IMG/VR virus record: IMGVR_UViG_3300028025_001180
Length of the DNA stretch: 64,000 bases
Strand: one strand, 5' to 3'
DNA from: a virus
Taxonomy: Duplodnaviria; Heunggongvirae; Uroviricota; Caudoviricetes
The notes under the pieces were generated by a model. The model saw only the letters and a program-made list of their open reading frames with translations, was not told the origin of the DNA and made no database searches. Positions 29,501 through 38,370 of this stretch are shown in pieces (the first letter of the stretch is position 1; each line of letters begins with the position of its first letter). The translations under genes were made by a program, and so were the position numbers.

Positions 29501-31538
29501 TCTCATTAATCTGTGCTAATGATTGTTCAACAGCTTCTTTATTAGGTTTGTTTTCTTTAATGATACTTTGTAAAATATCTTGTGTATTAACACCTGCTGT
29601 GAACAATAGACTGTTTACTTCAGGGATACGCAAGTCATAACTACCTACCTTAGCTAAAGAATACACCATCTTATCTAAGATCTCTGATGTATAGCCAGGT
29701 TGATTACTATATTTTCTACCTAATGAATCATAAAGATCATTAATGTTCTTAGTAATTCTTCCAACATTTTTAATTCTATCTAAGAAATCTTCTCTACTTT
29801 CACCAGCATTTACAATACCATTTGCTACCAACTGTTGAAAGCCTTCTTCTGTAGATGATTGTTGAGAGTAATATGAAAGTTCTTCTCCAATAGAATCCAC
29901 TTTACCATACTTAACTCTTGGCATAATGTAAGATAGAGTGAAGTCATTTTCAAAGTCTTTCTCAGAAACCTTATCATTATTTACAATAGCTTGTTGTCTA
30001 GCCTTTTGAGAACCAATACCAATACCTATGTATCTAGCATAGTCTCCAAGTACAGTTTCAATATTGCTTTGATTCAAAGCACCTAGAGCAATGTCTGTAT
30101 TAGCTCTTCTTAATCCTCCTGTACCTAATATACCTTGTTGTTGAATTGTATTTCTAACTTGTTGGATACCACCAGACAAGCCACCAATTAATATACTCTC
30201 TAATCCTTCTTTAGTAGATATAGCATCTTCTACACCTTTACCAAGTACATTCCCCATAGTGCCACTTAGAGCAGTCAAGAAGTCTTGTGTACCTTGTCTG
30301 TTTCTAAAGGCTCTGTTGAAATAATCATTTGTACCTACTTGGATAGCAAACTGTGCACCTTCTTCAAATGCTTCTGATGGAGCAAAGAATAGTTTTGAAA
30401 CATCCTTTGATCTTTGTAGCAACTTTCCAAACTTAGTAGCTGGCATCACTTCTGTGAATGCAGCACCTTGTCCTTTCTTCTCGATCTGATTAAGTAACAT
30501 CTTATCAGCTCTATTAGAAGAACCTAATATCTTTGGAAGTTGAATATAGTTTGTGCCAGTTAATAATAAAGTATTCATTCCCCAAGTGAAGTTACCAACA
30601 CTACTTACATACTCATCAATCTCTTCTAGGTCAGCACCTGTAGGATTTTTACCATACTTTTTTACATATTGTTCTATTGCTCCTTTTCTAAACTCATTTG
30701 CATTTTGCAAAGCCTCTAATGAAGCTTCACCAAATGTACCCATTGTAGAAGCAACAATTCTTTCAGGATCACTTAGTACTTTAGCTAAAGGAGTCTTTAA
30801 ATATTTCTGAGCTATAGAATTAACTGCACCATCAAATGCAGCAAATTGATTCACTTTAGGAACAGCTTGCATTGCATTCTCTGCAGCAGTCACAGCCTCT
30901 AAACCATAACCACCTCTAACTAATGCATTTGTTGTACCTAATGTTTTTAATAATTTAGCCCAAGCTACACCACCACCAATAGCACCCACTGTATACCCTA
31001 AGTTCTTCATCAACTTATCTGAGAAGAAGTTAGCAGTCCAGATGTTATCAGGAGACCACCAGTCAGCATCTTTTTCTTTTGCTGTATAATAGTTAGGAGC
31101 AATATCTTCTAATCCTTGGATAAATGTTTCATCCATCTTTCTAGTCAAATCATTATTATACAGACTAGAAAACTTTCCATCTTTTATAGCAGAACCAACA
31201 CCATAAACAAGACCAGCTGTACCAGAAACAAGAGAAGCAGTTGCAGTACCAAAAAACTTAATAGCACCATTCTTCCATTTATCTGCACTAGATTGTTGCT
31301 GACCATACATCTCTTCTAAGTCTTCACCAGGTCTAACAGCAGCATATCTATCACCAGAATATAGATTGGACGTAGGAATAGCCTCTATACCTGCTGGTTT
31401 AACAGTACTTAATCCTTGTGTATACAAGTCAGTTATAGAAGGAGTAGGTCCTTTAGATTGTCTAATATCTGTATTTACTACAGGTGTATTTGGAAAACCT
31501 TCAATTGTACCCCCTAAGTTTACTATTTTATCTGGCAT
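20556..31538 (-). CDS. Giant 3660-aa virion protein, candidate virion-packaged RNA polymerase of the crAss-like type. A DFDID Asp triad lies at about aa 2785.
   Basis: This is the single longest ORF. It contains GSDFDIDK, resembling the universal beta-prime Mg-binding motif D-x-D-x-D (NADFDGD in bacterial RNAP). The size and its position among the tail/cargo genes downstream of the head module match the giant vRNAP genes of crAss-like phages. This is motif-level evidence only. Confidence 0.45.
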   Translation of the reverse strand: MPDKIVNLGGTIEGFPNTPVVNTDIRQSKGPTPSITDLYTQGLSTVKPAGIEAIPTSNLYSGDRYAAVRPGEDLEEMYGQQQSSADKWKNGAIKFFGTATASLVSGTAGLVYGVGSAIKDGKFSSLYNNDLTRKMDETFIQGLEDIAPNYYTAKEKDADWWSPDNIWTANFFSDKLMKNLGYTVGAIGGGVAWAKLLKTLGTTNALVRGGYGLEAVTAAENAMQAVPKVNQFAAFDGAVNSIAQKYLKTPLAKVLSDPERIVASTMGTFGEASLEALQNANEFRKGAIEQYVKKYGKNPTGADLEEIDEYVSSVGNFTWGMNTLLLTGTNYIQLPKILGSSNRADKMLLNQIEKKGQGAAFTEVMPATKFGKLLQRSKDVSKLFFAPSEAFEEGAQFAIQVGTNDYFNRAFRNRQGTQDFLTALSGTMGNVLGKGVEDAISTKEGLESILIGGLSGGIQQVRNTIQQQGILGTGGLRRANTDIALGALNQSNIETVLGDYARYIGIGIGSQKARQQAIVNNDKVSEKDFENDFTLSYIMPRVKYGKVDSIGEELSYYSQQSSTEEGFQQLVANGIVNAGESREDFLDRIKNVGRITKNINDLYDSLGRKYSNQPGYTSEILDKMVYSLAKVGSYDLRIPEVNSLLFTAGVNTQDILQSIIKENKPNKEAVEQSLAQINEMDVTSETKDDLKTALSDIIELGLRRKMFIDEYDAIKANPTEFQFKPDVEFGATEEVPVTVVEGEEQPVTPEGQIELFPIKKERKLEVGKEYFLKQPVRKEENTLTLAPKVKVLSQTLGGEFEVQLPRGNVSFLTPEDFETLDLADEGVESPELKDIMDAAIDNVLSTPEFAGVTLPEGEDKLTSINSLNNAQLIDAVETEFNALSETYLKEQADLQANREKMNAVADKIKSAQTDIAATSGVVPTGNNDEDLMNSPSPKETPKKDAGILFTSSTSASIDWEKVLAPNVTRYNEFINKVKTFKNNKNIKAIVVTQKQEAALGLAGLGELSFREGNFDTDLLNDPVYGFIGLVFVEDKKGERQFVDKDGNPIGKVGEQVELNKVVFTSMPAAKLDNSKGEPRNRAGQEEQAALELAAYEVYRKDLREAAEEEYPIFNFTPSKGIAITDDVKKSVGGILVPENQIATQQVLTVVTKGGVDHIDGITYNFPNGRPVFQDQDTLEYLNNSNLTKDQASAVYNVLKAMSNEAKQQIAAKKPVKFNEIYKRFLQGVTFYTNADAVAKGVGEGSSNRIYIEGSVLHIGTNTYDFANIEKQEIPIISDLQGVFHNVNSFTVNLGLGEPFVEFYVDAAGKLAQRSWKNYQSYLLASKNPDGSGRIAPLTTTVAKPTEAVPYTHKQKYIILNGLELPKQSVAKPAEPGVETYKSNVGDVTYTVTTDSKGDFTVELVGENPNIQKIVDNPQLMAVATQQLKDLGKFDELDQPIQTAAKFAAEVITAKLLSERKAAAPVVEEEVITPDQPKNINIGDAEYRRIGRTDVDRISDTELALFKEWHAKNAKTIPYEVLENVININSTEKAWGAFENGVAKFFKGAQRGTEYHEIFEGIWKGFLSQGEQQAILDEFKAQTGSFLDRESGRRIDYANATDQQAKERIADDFAEFRLGKLPARNLTEKIKNFFKAIMDFFKSFVNKPTLKEELFKAIDTGEFADRTLPETVKNEAAEYRKIEGINAKQTNEFVQDITARVFGEIFANNSSLFNVEDITASDLFNRIKEKYIQNNVIGDNPATQITENQYVKLVERTKEFLKTYRIEFDEDSRVTVNDDGANRKDYAAEAFTVNFKKSSPYAVKLLIGTLIKTKGLNQEASAVLKRPEADTSSIGGLKLLPFNQAFTTLMNRLSNTRSIPEFVSKLHELAKQNSDYVRLFERLGGNLTTGKIDFNSYKPHDIRLFTNFYQVFTKQRPDALAMFMDGNNIYTAPANQASAIAATRSEWIENMKTKAEQPGSIISYDEKRKIYTVKKEDYNIKTPQDKIEFLGELGIEFPMAVYNKVKNKKAFSDAVSGIKLGLSKTDELMSFGGRKLGIRTQLNELAKLYTVAASPAEDSTYFGVDGNRIQSDTDANYPSLLEYVFNSSDTLEELKQNMPQLNDVFSTNSQVLKLGGKFFDEEGNRIAEIKLQYIQGVKDVVDNAGQTTSSLSIGDRYITEMNQNLDGRYYVLIPADSSREWMMDLGNTIAYTDVAAGNIDTLFTDTFLGYLKDEIKLAQDSTNRTKLRNVGDKATELRFLKDMLPATLLNKVQKLIDNRASEEDINNFINTNREDLDTAILKSLDNTVVKTRQNLVETQKVIASKEVGNFLMPELENRFTEKAGLNKLALTDQDVNNVIKFANANYMINNVEFHKILFGDPYQFEIKGNQLDETKRIKSFLSPRRITVNSDEFNNLFNKQYNTVAGVELTPNDYGYHDHKNFAKTFTAADVNVTDSFYPKSNEADAASWIMDAAYKEVKLKNGQWSDEAEDWHQWQMAYTRQNVPGYTYRSEALRKHDEALVEQPEPIYVTDVLKPIVSGNKYGKVYTDLVLDKFSQMPLYYKAIKGTNLGKFYEKMFKEGYDYAIVVSGRKVGAEKLHKLYNEDGSFNEEVFNNTINVGWDAYGIQVENSYDKDSKQTLGSQPTKLATVDLYSDGKALSEDIKKKAEHNTEVLKEMILNGYQELLRKLGIEDLGDNFVVKDKTVVADTLRQEMLKREMSENGIDSISIDPETGEFYMPFEASTNYIQIKNILYSIVDKSIVSPKVNGFPAVQVPVTMWEKAGESRGEGLKKSALKFYTKEDPYMEVYLPAWFKKQLPKGKTDEELIKLLEGSEILKGIGFRIPTQGLNSMEVFRIKGFLPEFMGKTIVVPSEITTKAGSDFDIDKLNLYLKNVYVTPSGEIKSVPFFGYGDQAKEAIKKFILEEDIKAMLDINSEISGSRVDDYGTLADKLYKQSLENEYFRSIEALLTLPENFNRLTSPNTDTTLKEIAGDLDTLRGEDEGDIKNRLLDRNYMTNQRHAFLTGKRWIGIAAVNITGNSLAQKTDVFVENPQTEMALQHNKFTDGGFEHISLSGMLDQAGKYISDKLSMYANAFVDIAKDPYIMKIIYSNRVVGTFMLLERAGVPMKTVAMFMNQPIIREHIKNLDANGAPRYAISNPDYIKQAKINFPANPKAIQAATIAEGNFEDNISSYAKNAMTEAQNAEQHKILNEFLSYVTLADENFNFTQAINYDTTTFRNADDFYRKEMMTDRAQTKGAISSPEKVLDSSFLGTEKTVLDQSNTALGAILKFNQSEFRGVLENTIQQYAEKFYMAKDTFNRVAEKATASLLDYIIQTGRKTPLNISELSFGPESVAVKLEEDKQKYPNVQILQDLVVVSAERPNSPKTIKLKANIKEAYDENMYIGMMRELRDNLDTNQLFKDLIKVAIIQGTYQSAVSIKNIIPIEDYSAEVKNIVNTAVVDTNVQEFANNNWFQRNNWKNPDITPAIAPYIDEESVTEIGEFKNEIISQYKFTGFVEIPEIGIGENDKLVITVGEKSKAAGYDMVTIPRIITTKYGEMIDFMTGKTITRAGYAELKAKGDPMIGQMFGYQKVKFVSGEALRTYKGKFVFKMVNLYGDGQFTSEYYKFNKPSELDNNTGKVNNEIPNSEIIKYFTGIVENELNSQPETETDLSTKDFKCKF

Positions 31539-34315
31539 TATCTTTCAGTTAAAAGTGCTTCAATCCACTGTGCGTTTACGTTATTTGTTAAGTTCTGAAG
31601 AACAGCTTGCAAGTTTGGACTACCTGGCATAGTCATTATGTTTGACCTTCTACCATCGCTTCCAAATATATTTGCATAATATAAACCATTTTTATATGTA
31701 ATGTTAGCAGCTGCATCATAGCCACTTCCTCTCAAGTTTATAAAGTTAGGAGTTTTAAGATAGCTATCTCCTTGTATGTAAGTTTGCTTTTCTTTAGGAT
31801 CTCCCTTAGAAGTTTGGTCACCATTTGCTTGGATATAAGTTCTAAGATTAGTTACTTGCTTTGGTTCATATAATGTTGCAGGATTGATACCAAGTCTATT
31901 AGACTCATCATCAGCTACAATCATACCTCCTAATCTCTTATTTTCTTCTCCACCATATGCTACAATCTCTACCATAGGTTTACTTCCAGGTCCTGTAATA
32001 ACTTGTGCTTCATAAGTAACATCTTTACCACCAACATTAGAAGCAAATGCTTTGAAGTCAGGAGAAAGATTCTTCCCTGCTGTGTTATAATTAGCAGCAT
32101 ATCTTGTTAACTTATCTACAATTACTTTATCATCACCAGTATCTCCAGTCAATAAACCAGCTTTTAAGTTTGGCTGAATATTATAATATTGTTTTACAAC
32201 ATCTGCTTTTGTTTTTAAAGCTCCTGCATAATCATCTCCCAACTTATCATATATCTTATTAACTTGAGATAAATCAACAAGATTCATTGCACCCATATTT
32301 GGAACAGGTCCTCCTGCTTTTGCTAAACCTACTAATGCTTTAACTCCTCTAACTGCACCTGTTATAAGTCCTCCTTTACCTTTACCTTGTTGTTCTAATA
32401 GTATAGGTAATAATTCTGCCTTACCTCTCATATCTAATCTAGCTTCAGCTTTCTTAGCTTCTTCTCTTGCAGTTTTATCATTTAAGAATCCAACAGAAGA
32501 CGCATTACCTTTTAGGTAAATCGCCATATCATAAAAGTCTTCTGCATTAAGTTGAACAGGCTTACCTTTAATAAAACCTGCAACAGGTTTAACTCCTTCA
32601 ATTACTTTTGTCTTATCAATATCCTTTCCTAATATATTTCCTGTAACCTCGTTAACTTTAGTTTTAACAGTGTTTAATACATCATAATTTCTTCTTGATT
32701 CACCATATAGATAATAAGCATCTTGAAGATCTGGGTTTCTTTTCTTTTGCTCAGCAGTCATATTATTATAAGCCACTGTAGCTTTATCTCCCCATCTAGC
32801 TCTAAAGTTTTCTGGAGTTTCTTTATTTTGAGCTGCTGTATTATCAAGCAAGTTTTTAATAGCTTGATCTTTACCAATTCCTTGTTTCATCATAGAATCA
32901 AGTTTAGCTTGGTTTCCAGGTACTTTAGATATAGCTGCATTCCAAATAAAGTTATCAGAAGCATTAGTAAAGTTATCTGCAGCATTAGTTAACTCTGATT
33001 CAAACCTAGCAATAAGATCAATGTTACCTGGCATATCAGCTTGTTCAAAACCTGCACCAGCACCAAAGTCATCAGGTATACCATCACCATTAGTATCAAC
33101 ACCTTTGCCTTTGGTTCCTTTCATTTGAGAAAGAAGGATTTGTAATTGTCTATCTTTTTCTTTCTCTGATAATCCTATGTTAAACTTCTTAACATCCCAT
33201 GCCATTCCTTGAGCCCATCTAGATTGTTCATTAGCTTCTTGTTGTAACTTGAAGTTAGCTTCCCAACCTGGGTTGTTCATCAAAGTCTCTTTAGTTTTCA
33301 TCTCACCAAACATTGTGGTGAATCTACTCTTAACATCATCCTTATATAAAAGAGATCTGATAGAATCTGGATTTTCTTGAGCTACAGTCATTATATCATC
33401 ATACTGACTTTTAATGTTATTCTTTCTTAACTCAAGTTGATCTATTTGAGCTTGGACATCCTTGCCTGTGCCTTTTTGTAAAGCAAGTTCATTTATTTGC
33501 TCATCATACTTAGCAATAAGACCTTCTTTTTGTAAGTTGACTTTTTGAGTCAGCATCTCTGGAGAATACCCTCTGTATTCATATTGACCTGAAATATCTA
33601 ATTGTTGACCCACTCTAGAATCAGAAAAGATTTGTTCTATAGTTTGTTTTACCTTCTCTGGGAATCTACCTTCCTGTTCCATTCTTTTCATTACTGGAGA
33701 ATAGATAGGTCTACCTGCTTTATCAACTTTGATGTTACCTTGAGTATCTGTTTCATACACTTGATCAATTGTAAAACCATCAGGCTTTACAGAATCAAAT
33801 GTTTCTTTAGCAAACTTCTGTACATCAAAGTAAGGAATATAACTTGCTGAAAACTTTTGACCAGCTTTGTCAGAAGACAACCAACTGTTAGCTCTTTTGT
33901 TAAAGAACTCAATATTAGCTGGACTAGACTTTCCTTCTTCTACATCTTTCTGTAATCTAGCTAACTCTTTTCTATAATTGGCTGTAGAGTATACAGCATT
34001 CTGAACTGTAGGATCTTTAATAATCTGAGTAGCCATACCACCTACAGAGTTAACTAGTTGTTGATTAGAGAAGTCTCCTGCTGCGACAGTCTTTAACTTA
34101 CTACCCAAGTCATTTAGCTTGGACTGTAAGTACTTTTTGTCAGCATCATTGACAACATCCATACCAGCAATGTTATCTACATACCCTTGGATTTTTTGCA
34201 CACCTTGGTCATACTGTTGTTGCTTTTGAGTGCCAACAGTAACCATTGCTTCTATCAAAGGAGCCTTTGATACGTAGGGGTTAAATGTTTGTATTTGATC
34301 TGTAAACGATGCCAT
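31538..34315 (-). CDS. Large coiled-coil-rich virion protein, 925 aa. It is TAATG-coupled to the 3660-aa gene.
   Basis: ORF track. Its stop overlaps the downstream start (ACTGAAAGATAATGCC). Confidence 0.65.
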   Translation of the reverse strand: MASFTDQIQTFNPYVSKAPLIEAMVTVGTQKQQQYDQGVQKIQGYVDNIAGMDVVNDADKKYLQSKLNDLGSKLKTVAAGDFSNQQLVNSVGGMATQIIKDPTVQNAVYSTANYRKELARLQKDVEEGKSSPANIEFFNKRANSWLSSDKAGQKFSASYIPYFDVQKFAKETFDSVKPDGFTIDQVYETDTQGNIKVDKAGRPIYSPVMKRMEQEGRFPEKVKQTIEQIFSDSRVGQQLDISGQYEYRGYSPEMLTQKVNLQKEGLIAKYDEQINELALQKGTGKDVQAQIDQLELRKNNIKSQYDDIMTVAQENPDSIRSLLYKDDVKSRFTTMFGEMKTKETLMNNPGWEANFKLQQEANEQSRWAQGMAWDVKKFNIGLSEKEKDRQLQILLSQMKGTKGKGVDTNGDGIPDDFGAGAGFEQADMPGNIDLIARFESELTNAADNFTNASDNFIWNAAISKVPGNQAKLDSMMKQGIGKDQAIKNLLDNTAAQNKETPENFRARWGDKATVAYNNMTAEQKKRNPDLQDAYYLYGESRRNYDVLNTVKTKVNEVTGNILGKDIDKTKVIEGVKPVAGFIKGKPVQLNAEDFYDMAIYLKGNASSVGFLNDKTAREEAKKAEARLDMRGKAELLPILLEQQGKGKGGLITGAVRGVKALVGLAKAGGPVPNMGAMNLVDLSQVNKIYDKLGDDYAGALKTKADVVKQYYNIQPNLKAGLLTGDTGDDKVIVDKLTRYAANYNTAGKNLSPDFKAFASNVGGKDVTYEAQVITGPGSKPMVEIVAYGGEENKRLGGMIVADDESNRLGINPATLYEPKQVTNLRTYIQANGDQTSKGDPKEKQTYIQGDSYLKTPNFINLRGSGYDAAANITYKNGLYYANIFGSDGRRSNIMTMPGSPNLQAVLQNLTNNVNAQWIEALLTER

Positions 34316-34401
34316 GGTATTATAATTAGCAAATTTAATTTAAAATATTAGAATTACCAAGAGGTATAACATTTTTTGGTAAATCACTATAACTTAATTA
34401 G

Positions 34402-37400
34402 TTATAGATTTTTTAGAGCTTGAACAATTGCACCATTTCTTCTCTGTCTTGTAGTGCGAGTTTTCTCTTTACTTCCTGTAATAGCACCAGTTTTATCTCT
34501 ACTAACAATCTTTTCATAAAGTTCTTTTATTTGATTTGCTTGTGCACCTGTTAGATTATCTGCACTTATGCCCTCAGGAAGGTTAAATTGGGCAGGAGCA
34601 TTTACATTAAACGCTCTACCACTTGGAGAGAATCTGTAGTTGTACATGTTCTCATAAACGTTAAGTGTTTGATTCTCAAGCTTATTCTGAGCAGTCTTAG
34701 CAGAAATAGATTTAAGAGCTTCAAGGGTCTGAGCTTTAGTATTAGACTTAGCCTGAGCTTGTCTAACGTATTGTTGATCAAGGATTTGTAAGTTTTTAAG
34801 CTGAGCATCATTTAACAAAGCTCTATTCTTATCATATGTCTGCATCTTATTTGCAGCATTAATTCTTGTTTGTTCTCCTAACACTTTGTTCTTAGCTTCT
34901 AGGCTTTGAGACATAATCATTGCTTGGGCTGCTGGATTTGAACCTGCTGCTCTGATGGCTGCTCTAGATTGAGCATCAATAGCATTAAGCTGATCATTCA
35001 AAGAGATATCCATAGGAGTATCTAGCATTGGCTGGAATGTTTGAGCCTGCACAGGTTCTAACTGATTGGTAGCCATAGCATAGTATTCAGGATATAACTC
35101 TTCAGGATCAAGACCTATATTAGTTCTAGGTCTTAACAATGGAGTTAAGTTAGATAGAGCCATTTGACCTAATCCTTTCCAATCAAAACCTGCCTTTTCA
35201 GAATCTTCTGACACAGTAGATAAGTTAGCTGTAGTACTTAGTTTATCACTAGTTGGCTTAGGTGCAACATATCCTGGTTGGTATGGAACTTTTGTATTAG
35301 ATCCTGGTAACTTAGGTATTGCTTGTTGAATAGACTCCATAACATTATATTTTAAACCTCCCATTCCCTCAGGAAGATTACTAACTCCTGGAGTGAATCC
35401 AGAAGGAAGATTATAGTCTGTAATATATTGATTTCTAACAACAGAAGAAGTGTTAGTTGGATTAGATTTATTACTCTTTGCAGACTTAGAATTAGATACT
35501 TTTGAAGACCCTTGTGCAGAAGGTTGTGCAGAAACTTGTGATCCTGTATCACCAAATGTTTCAGGAATTGGAGTAAATCCTAATGTTGAGGTATCTGATG
35601 AAGCAGCTGAAGCAGCTACTGGTGCTGGTTGATTATATGGAGTACCATACATCATTGCTGAATTAAAATCAGGATTAAATGATGCATAGTTTCTAGCACC
35701 AGACATCAATTGATTTGTTAAGTCTTCATTATAAGGTTTATCTACCATATAAGATCTATCATCTGCATTCATTAATGTATTATTAAGTTCTTCATTAAAG
35801 AACCTAGGTTTAGGCTTAGCTCCTAGCATTCTTGCAAACAATGGAAGTTGACCACGTTCAGTTACATAATGCTTAGCTCCCTCATATAGTGTACCACCTG
35901 GTCCTTGAGCTTTTGCTCTTTGTGCAGGAGTAAGAGGACCTCCTGTTAAACCTATTCCATCCTGTGCCATCATACGAGGATCTTTTTCTTTTACTAACTT
36001 ACCTTGAGCCAATTCATCACTCTTTACACCTAGTTCACTAGCTGTATCAAGAATAGCATTTTGAACAGCCCCTAGATTTTGTTTTAAAATAGCTGCGTTT
36101 CTTAATTTCATATTTGCTCCCATAAGTTGAGCTTGACTTGTATTCATTTTCAATTGATCAAAACCACTACTTCCTGTAGTCATGTCTGCTCTTTCTGTAG
36201 CTTGATCTATTAATTTGTTTTGTTTTTTCTCCACATTGCTTATTTCTTCAGCAACATGTTTAAACTTCTTACCTTTTGCATCTGGGATACCAAACTCATC
36301 AGCAGCCATCTTTGATAGTTTCATATTACCAAAGACAACCATATTACTTTCATTTCCACCATCTCTTAACTTAACTGCTGGTTCACCACCTTCAACCTCT
36401 ACACCATTCTCACCAAAGTTAATAGGGATACCACCATTGTCATGAGACCTTCCTTTAAACATTACAGTTTCACCACCATCTGGTAGGAAAGGATTATATG
36501 ATATGGTTTCTGCCTTACCACCTTCAATTACTTCTAAGTCACCACCCATAGCAAATTTTCCACTATGCTCCATAGTCAAAGGTTTTAATTCAGGTCTGCC
36601 AGTAAACATTGCTGCTGCACTAGGAGGTGTATAATACTCATCTTTTAAATGACCACCACTTCTTAGCATGTCTGCATCATGAGGAGGTTTTAATAAGTCT
36701 TTAACATTATACTCACCAAACTTAGCAATTGTTTGTGGTTGCCATGTATGACTAACCCACTTATATTCATCACCTACATCTACCTTACCACCTTGCTCCA
36801 TATATGCACCAAACTGATTTTGTTGAGCTTGTGCAAAAGCAGCCTGCTGTGTATTCATCTCAGCTTTGCTTTTTTCTCTTTGTAACTCTCTAGCTTGTTT
36901 AGCACCACCTAATAAGTTACCACCCACTGTACCAATAAGTCCACCCACCAGACCACCCAATGGTCCACCTATAAGAGTACCAGCTGCTGTACCTACAGCA
37001 CTGCCAATCTGTGCTTGACCTGAGTCTTGAAAATATTCTCCAAACTCTGCTTCAGGAAGATTACCACCTTGTTTATATTGTTTTAACTTCTGAGACTCTA
37101 TTGGTTCATATCCAGCATCTGTATAGATGTCACCAGGATTGTATATGTTCTGAATCTCTGTAGGATTGCCACCAATCATTCTACCATTCTTAGATAAAAA
37201 GTTTGTACCTGATCCATAAGGATTACCTAACTGTCCAGGTTGTATAATCATATCTTCTGGTCTTACATATTTACGTTTAGCTTTCTCTGTAGTTTGTTGA
37301 GCTTGTAAACCTAACTCTGATAACTCTCTAGCTTGATATGCTTTATTTATTGCTTTTCTTTGCGAACCAATTGCTTCGATACCTGCTATGATTCCTGGCA

Positions 37401-37770
37401 CTGCTCCTAGAGCTGCCATACCTGCACCTGCTGCATCAAACCCTCCACTACCTTCTACATTACCAAATCCTTCAGGAGGAGCAACTGTACCATATCCAGC
37501 AGCCATTGTATCAATTCGACTTACAGACTGTCCACTCATAGGCATATTAAACATTCCTGTATTAGGATTAACTGCACCACCATATTGAGCAATAGGAGGA
37601 TTGCCAAAGTCTGTAAGTTGGTGTAACTGTTTGTTCACCATAGACTTACCCATAGCAGCTTTCTTTAACTCTTTACCATGAGCTTTCATAAATGCTTCTT
37701 CTGTAGGATACTTCTTGTAGAATTCCTTCTCAGATTTTACTTTAGCAATCTTTAATATTTGGTCTTTCAT
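34402..37770 (-). CDS. Gly-rich virion protein, 1122 aa, with glycine-zipper hydrophobic segments. It looks like an ejection or tape-measure-type protein.
   Basis: Segments GAGMAALGAVPGIIAGIEAIGS and GTAAGTLIGGPLGGLVGGLIGTVGGNLLGG are typical of membrane-inserting phage ejection and tape-measure proteins. Confidence 0.6.
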   Translation of the reverse strand: MKDQILKIAKVKSEKEFYKKYPTEEAFMKAHGKELKKAAMGKSMVNKQLHQLTDFGNPPIAQYGGAVNPNTGMFNMPMSGQSVSRIDTMAAGYGTVAPPEGFGNVEGSGGFDAAGAGMAALGAVPGIIAGIEAIGSQRKAINKAYQARELSELGLQAQQTTEKAKRKYVRPEDMIIQPGQLGNPYGSGTNFLSKNGRMIGGNPTEIQNIYNPGDIYTDAGYEPIESQKLKQYKQGGNLPEAEFGEYFQDSGQAQIGSAVGTAAGTLIGGPLGGLVGGLIGTVGGNLLGGAKQARELQREKSKAEMNTQQAAFAQAQQNQFGAYMEQGGKVDVGDEYKWVSHTWQPQTIAKFGEYNVKDLLKPPHDADMLRSGGHLKDEYYTPPSAAAMFTGRPELKPLTMEHSGKFAMGGDLEVIEGGKAETISYNPFLPDGGETVMFKGRSHDNGGIPINFGENGVEVEGGEPAVKLRDGGNESNMVVFGNMKLSKMAADEFGIPDAKGKKFKHVAEEISNVEKKQNKLIDQATERADMTTGSSGFDQLKMNTSQAQLMGANMKLRNAAILKQNLGAVQNAILDTASELGVKSDELAQGKLVKEKDPRMMAQDGIGLTGGPLTPAQRAKAQGPGGTLYEGAKHYVTERGQLPLFARMLGAKPKPRFFNEELNNTLMNADDRSYMVDKPYNEDLTNQLMSGARNYASFNPDFNSAMMYGTPYNQPAPVAASAASSDTSTLGFTPIPETFGDTGSQVSAQPSAQGSSKVSNSKSAKSNKSNPTNTSSVVRNQYITDYNLPSGFTPGVSNLPEGMGGLKYNVMESIQQAIPKLPGSNTKVPYQPGYVAPKPTSDKLSTTANLSTVSEDSEKAGFDWKGLGQMALSNLTPLLRPRTNIGLDPEELYPEYYAMATNQLEPVQAQTFQPMLDTPMDISLNDQLNAIDAQSRAAIRAAGSNPAAQAMIMSQSLEAKNKVLGEQTRINAANKMQTYDKNRALLNDAQLKNLQILDQQYVRQAQAKSNTKAQTLEALKSISAKTAQNKLENQTLNVYENMYNYRFSPSGRAFNVNAPAQFNLPEGISADNLTGAQANQIKELYEKIVSRDKTGAITGSKEKTRTTRQRRNGAIVQALKNL

Positions 37771-37788
37771 ATTGAACTATTGTATAAT

Positions 37789-38370
37789 TTATTTATATTT
37801 GTTTAACCAGCCACCATCTTGAGCCAGTGGATATTCTGTAACCATACTACCATCAAACTTATAATCCTTACCAGGATACATCATCTTCCTATCACCTGTA
37901 TCAGATATGCCAAGTACAGGATAGTCAACTCCCTTCATTGTTATTTCATTAGAACCTATCTGTGTTATCTCACCTGGATGAGCCCACTGACCAAGATCAT
38001 CTTTAATGGCAGAACCATTCTTAGATATAGTCTTAGGTTTAAAGTCTAATCCTTCTTGGTAGAACTTCATCTCTTGACCATTCTGAGCACTTGCTTTTGT
38101 CTTCTTAGTATACTTACCATTAGCAGGAGCTGAGCCAGCTACACGTGCGTATGTGAATCCTACAGCACCTGGCATAGATCCCCCCATCTCCATAGTGCCT
38201 CCCCATGCTCCATTATAGTTAAATCCTTTGTTAGTTGTTCCTTCACCTACCCAACCTGGTCCAGCTGTGGAATATCCAGCATTGGCATTCTCTTTCTTGC
38301 CATAGTTATCCTTAGTCTTTTTCTTTAAGACCAATCCTCCTTGTTCATATTTGTCTAACCAGTTAGCCAT
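37789..38370 (-). CDS. Gly/Tyr-rich structural protein, 193 aa. Both termini carry a WL[DN]KY motif (MANWLDKYEQGG ... DGGWLNKYK).
   Basis: ORF track. Its start overlaps the upstream stop by 1 nt (TAATGG). Confidence 0.55.
   Translation of the reverse strand: MANWLDKYEQGGLVLKKKTKDNYGKKENANAGYSTAGPGWVGEGTTNKGFNYNGAWGGTMEMGGSMPGAVGFTYARVAGSAPANGKYTKKTKASAQNGQEMKFYQEGLDFKPKTISKNGSAIKDDLGQWAHPGEITQIGSNEITMKGVDYPVLGISDTGDRKMMYPGKDYKFDGSMVTEYPLAQDGGWLNKYK

Noticed and set aside
15556-37770. Many 60-143-aa plus-strand ORFs inside the giant minus-strand cargo genes (for example 26305..26736 +, 24583..24888 +, 18032..18364 +, 36215..36445 +).
   Set aside because: They are Ser/Leu/Phe-rich antisense translations of AT-rich coding DNA with no start context, and they sit fully inside long, well-supported ORFs.
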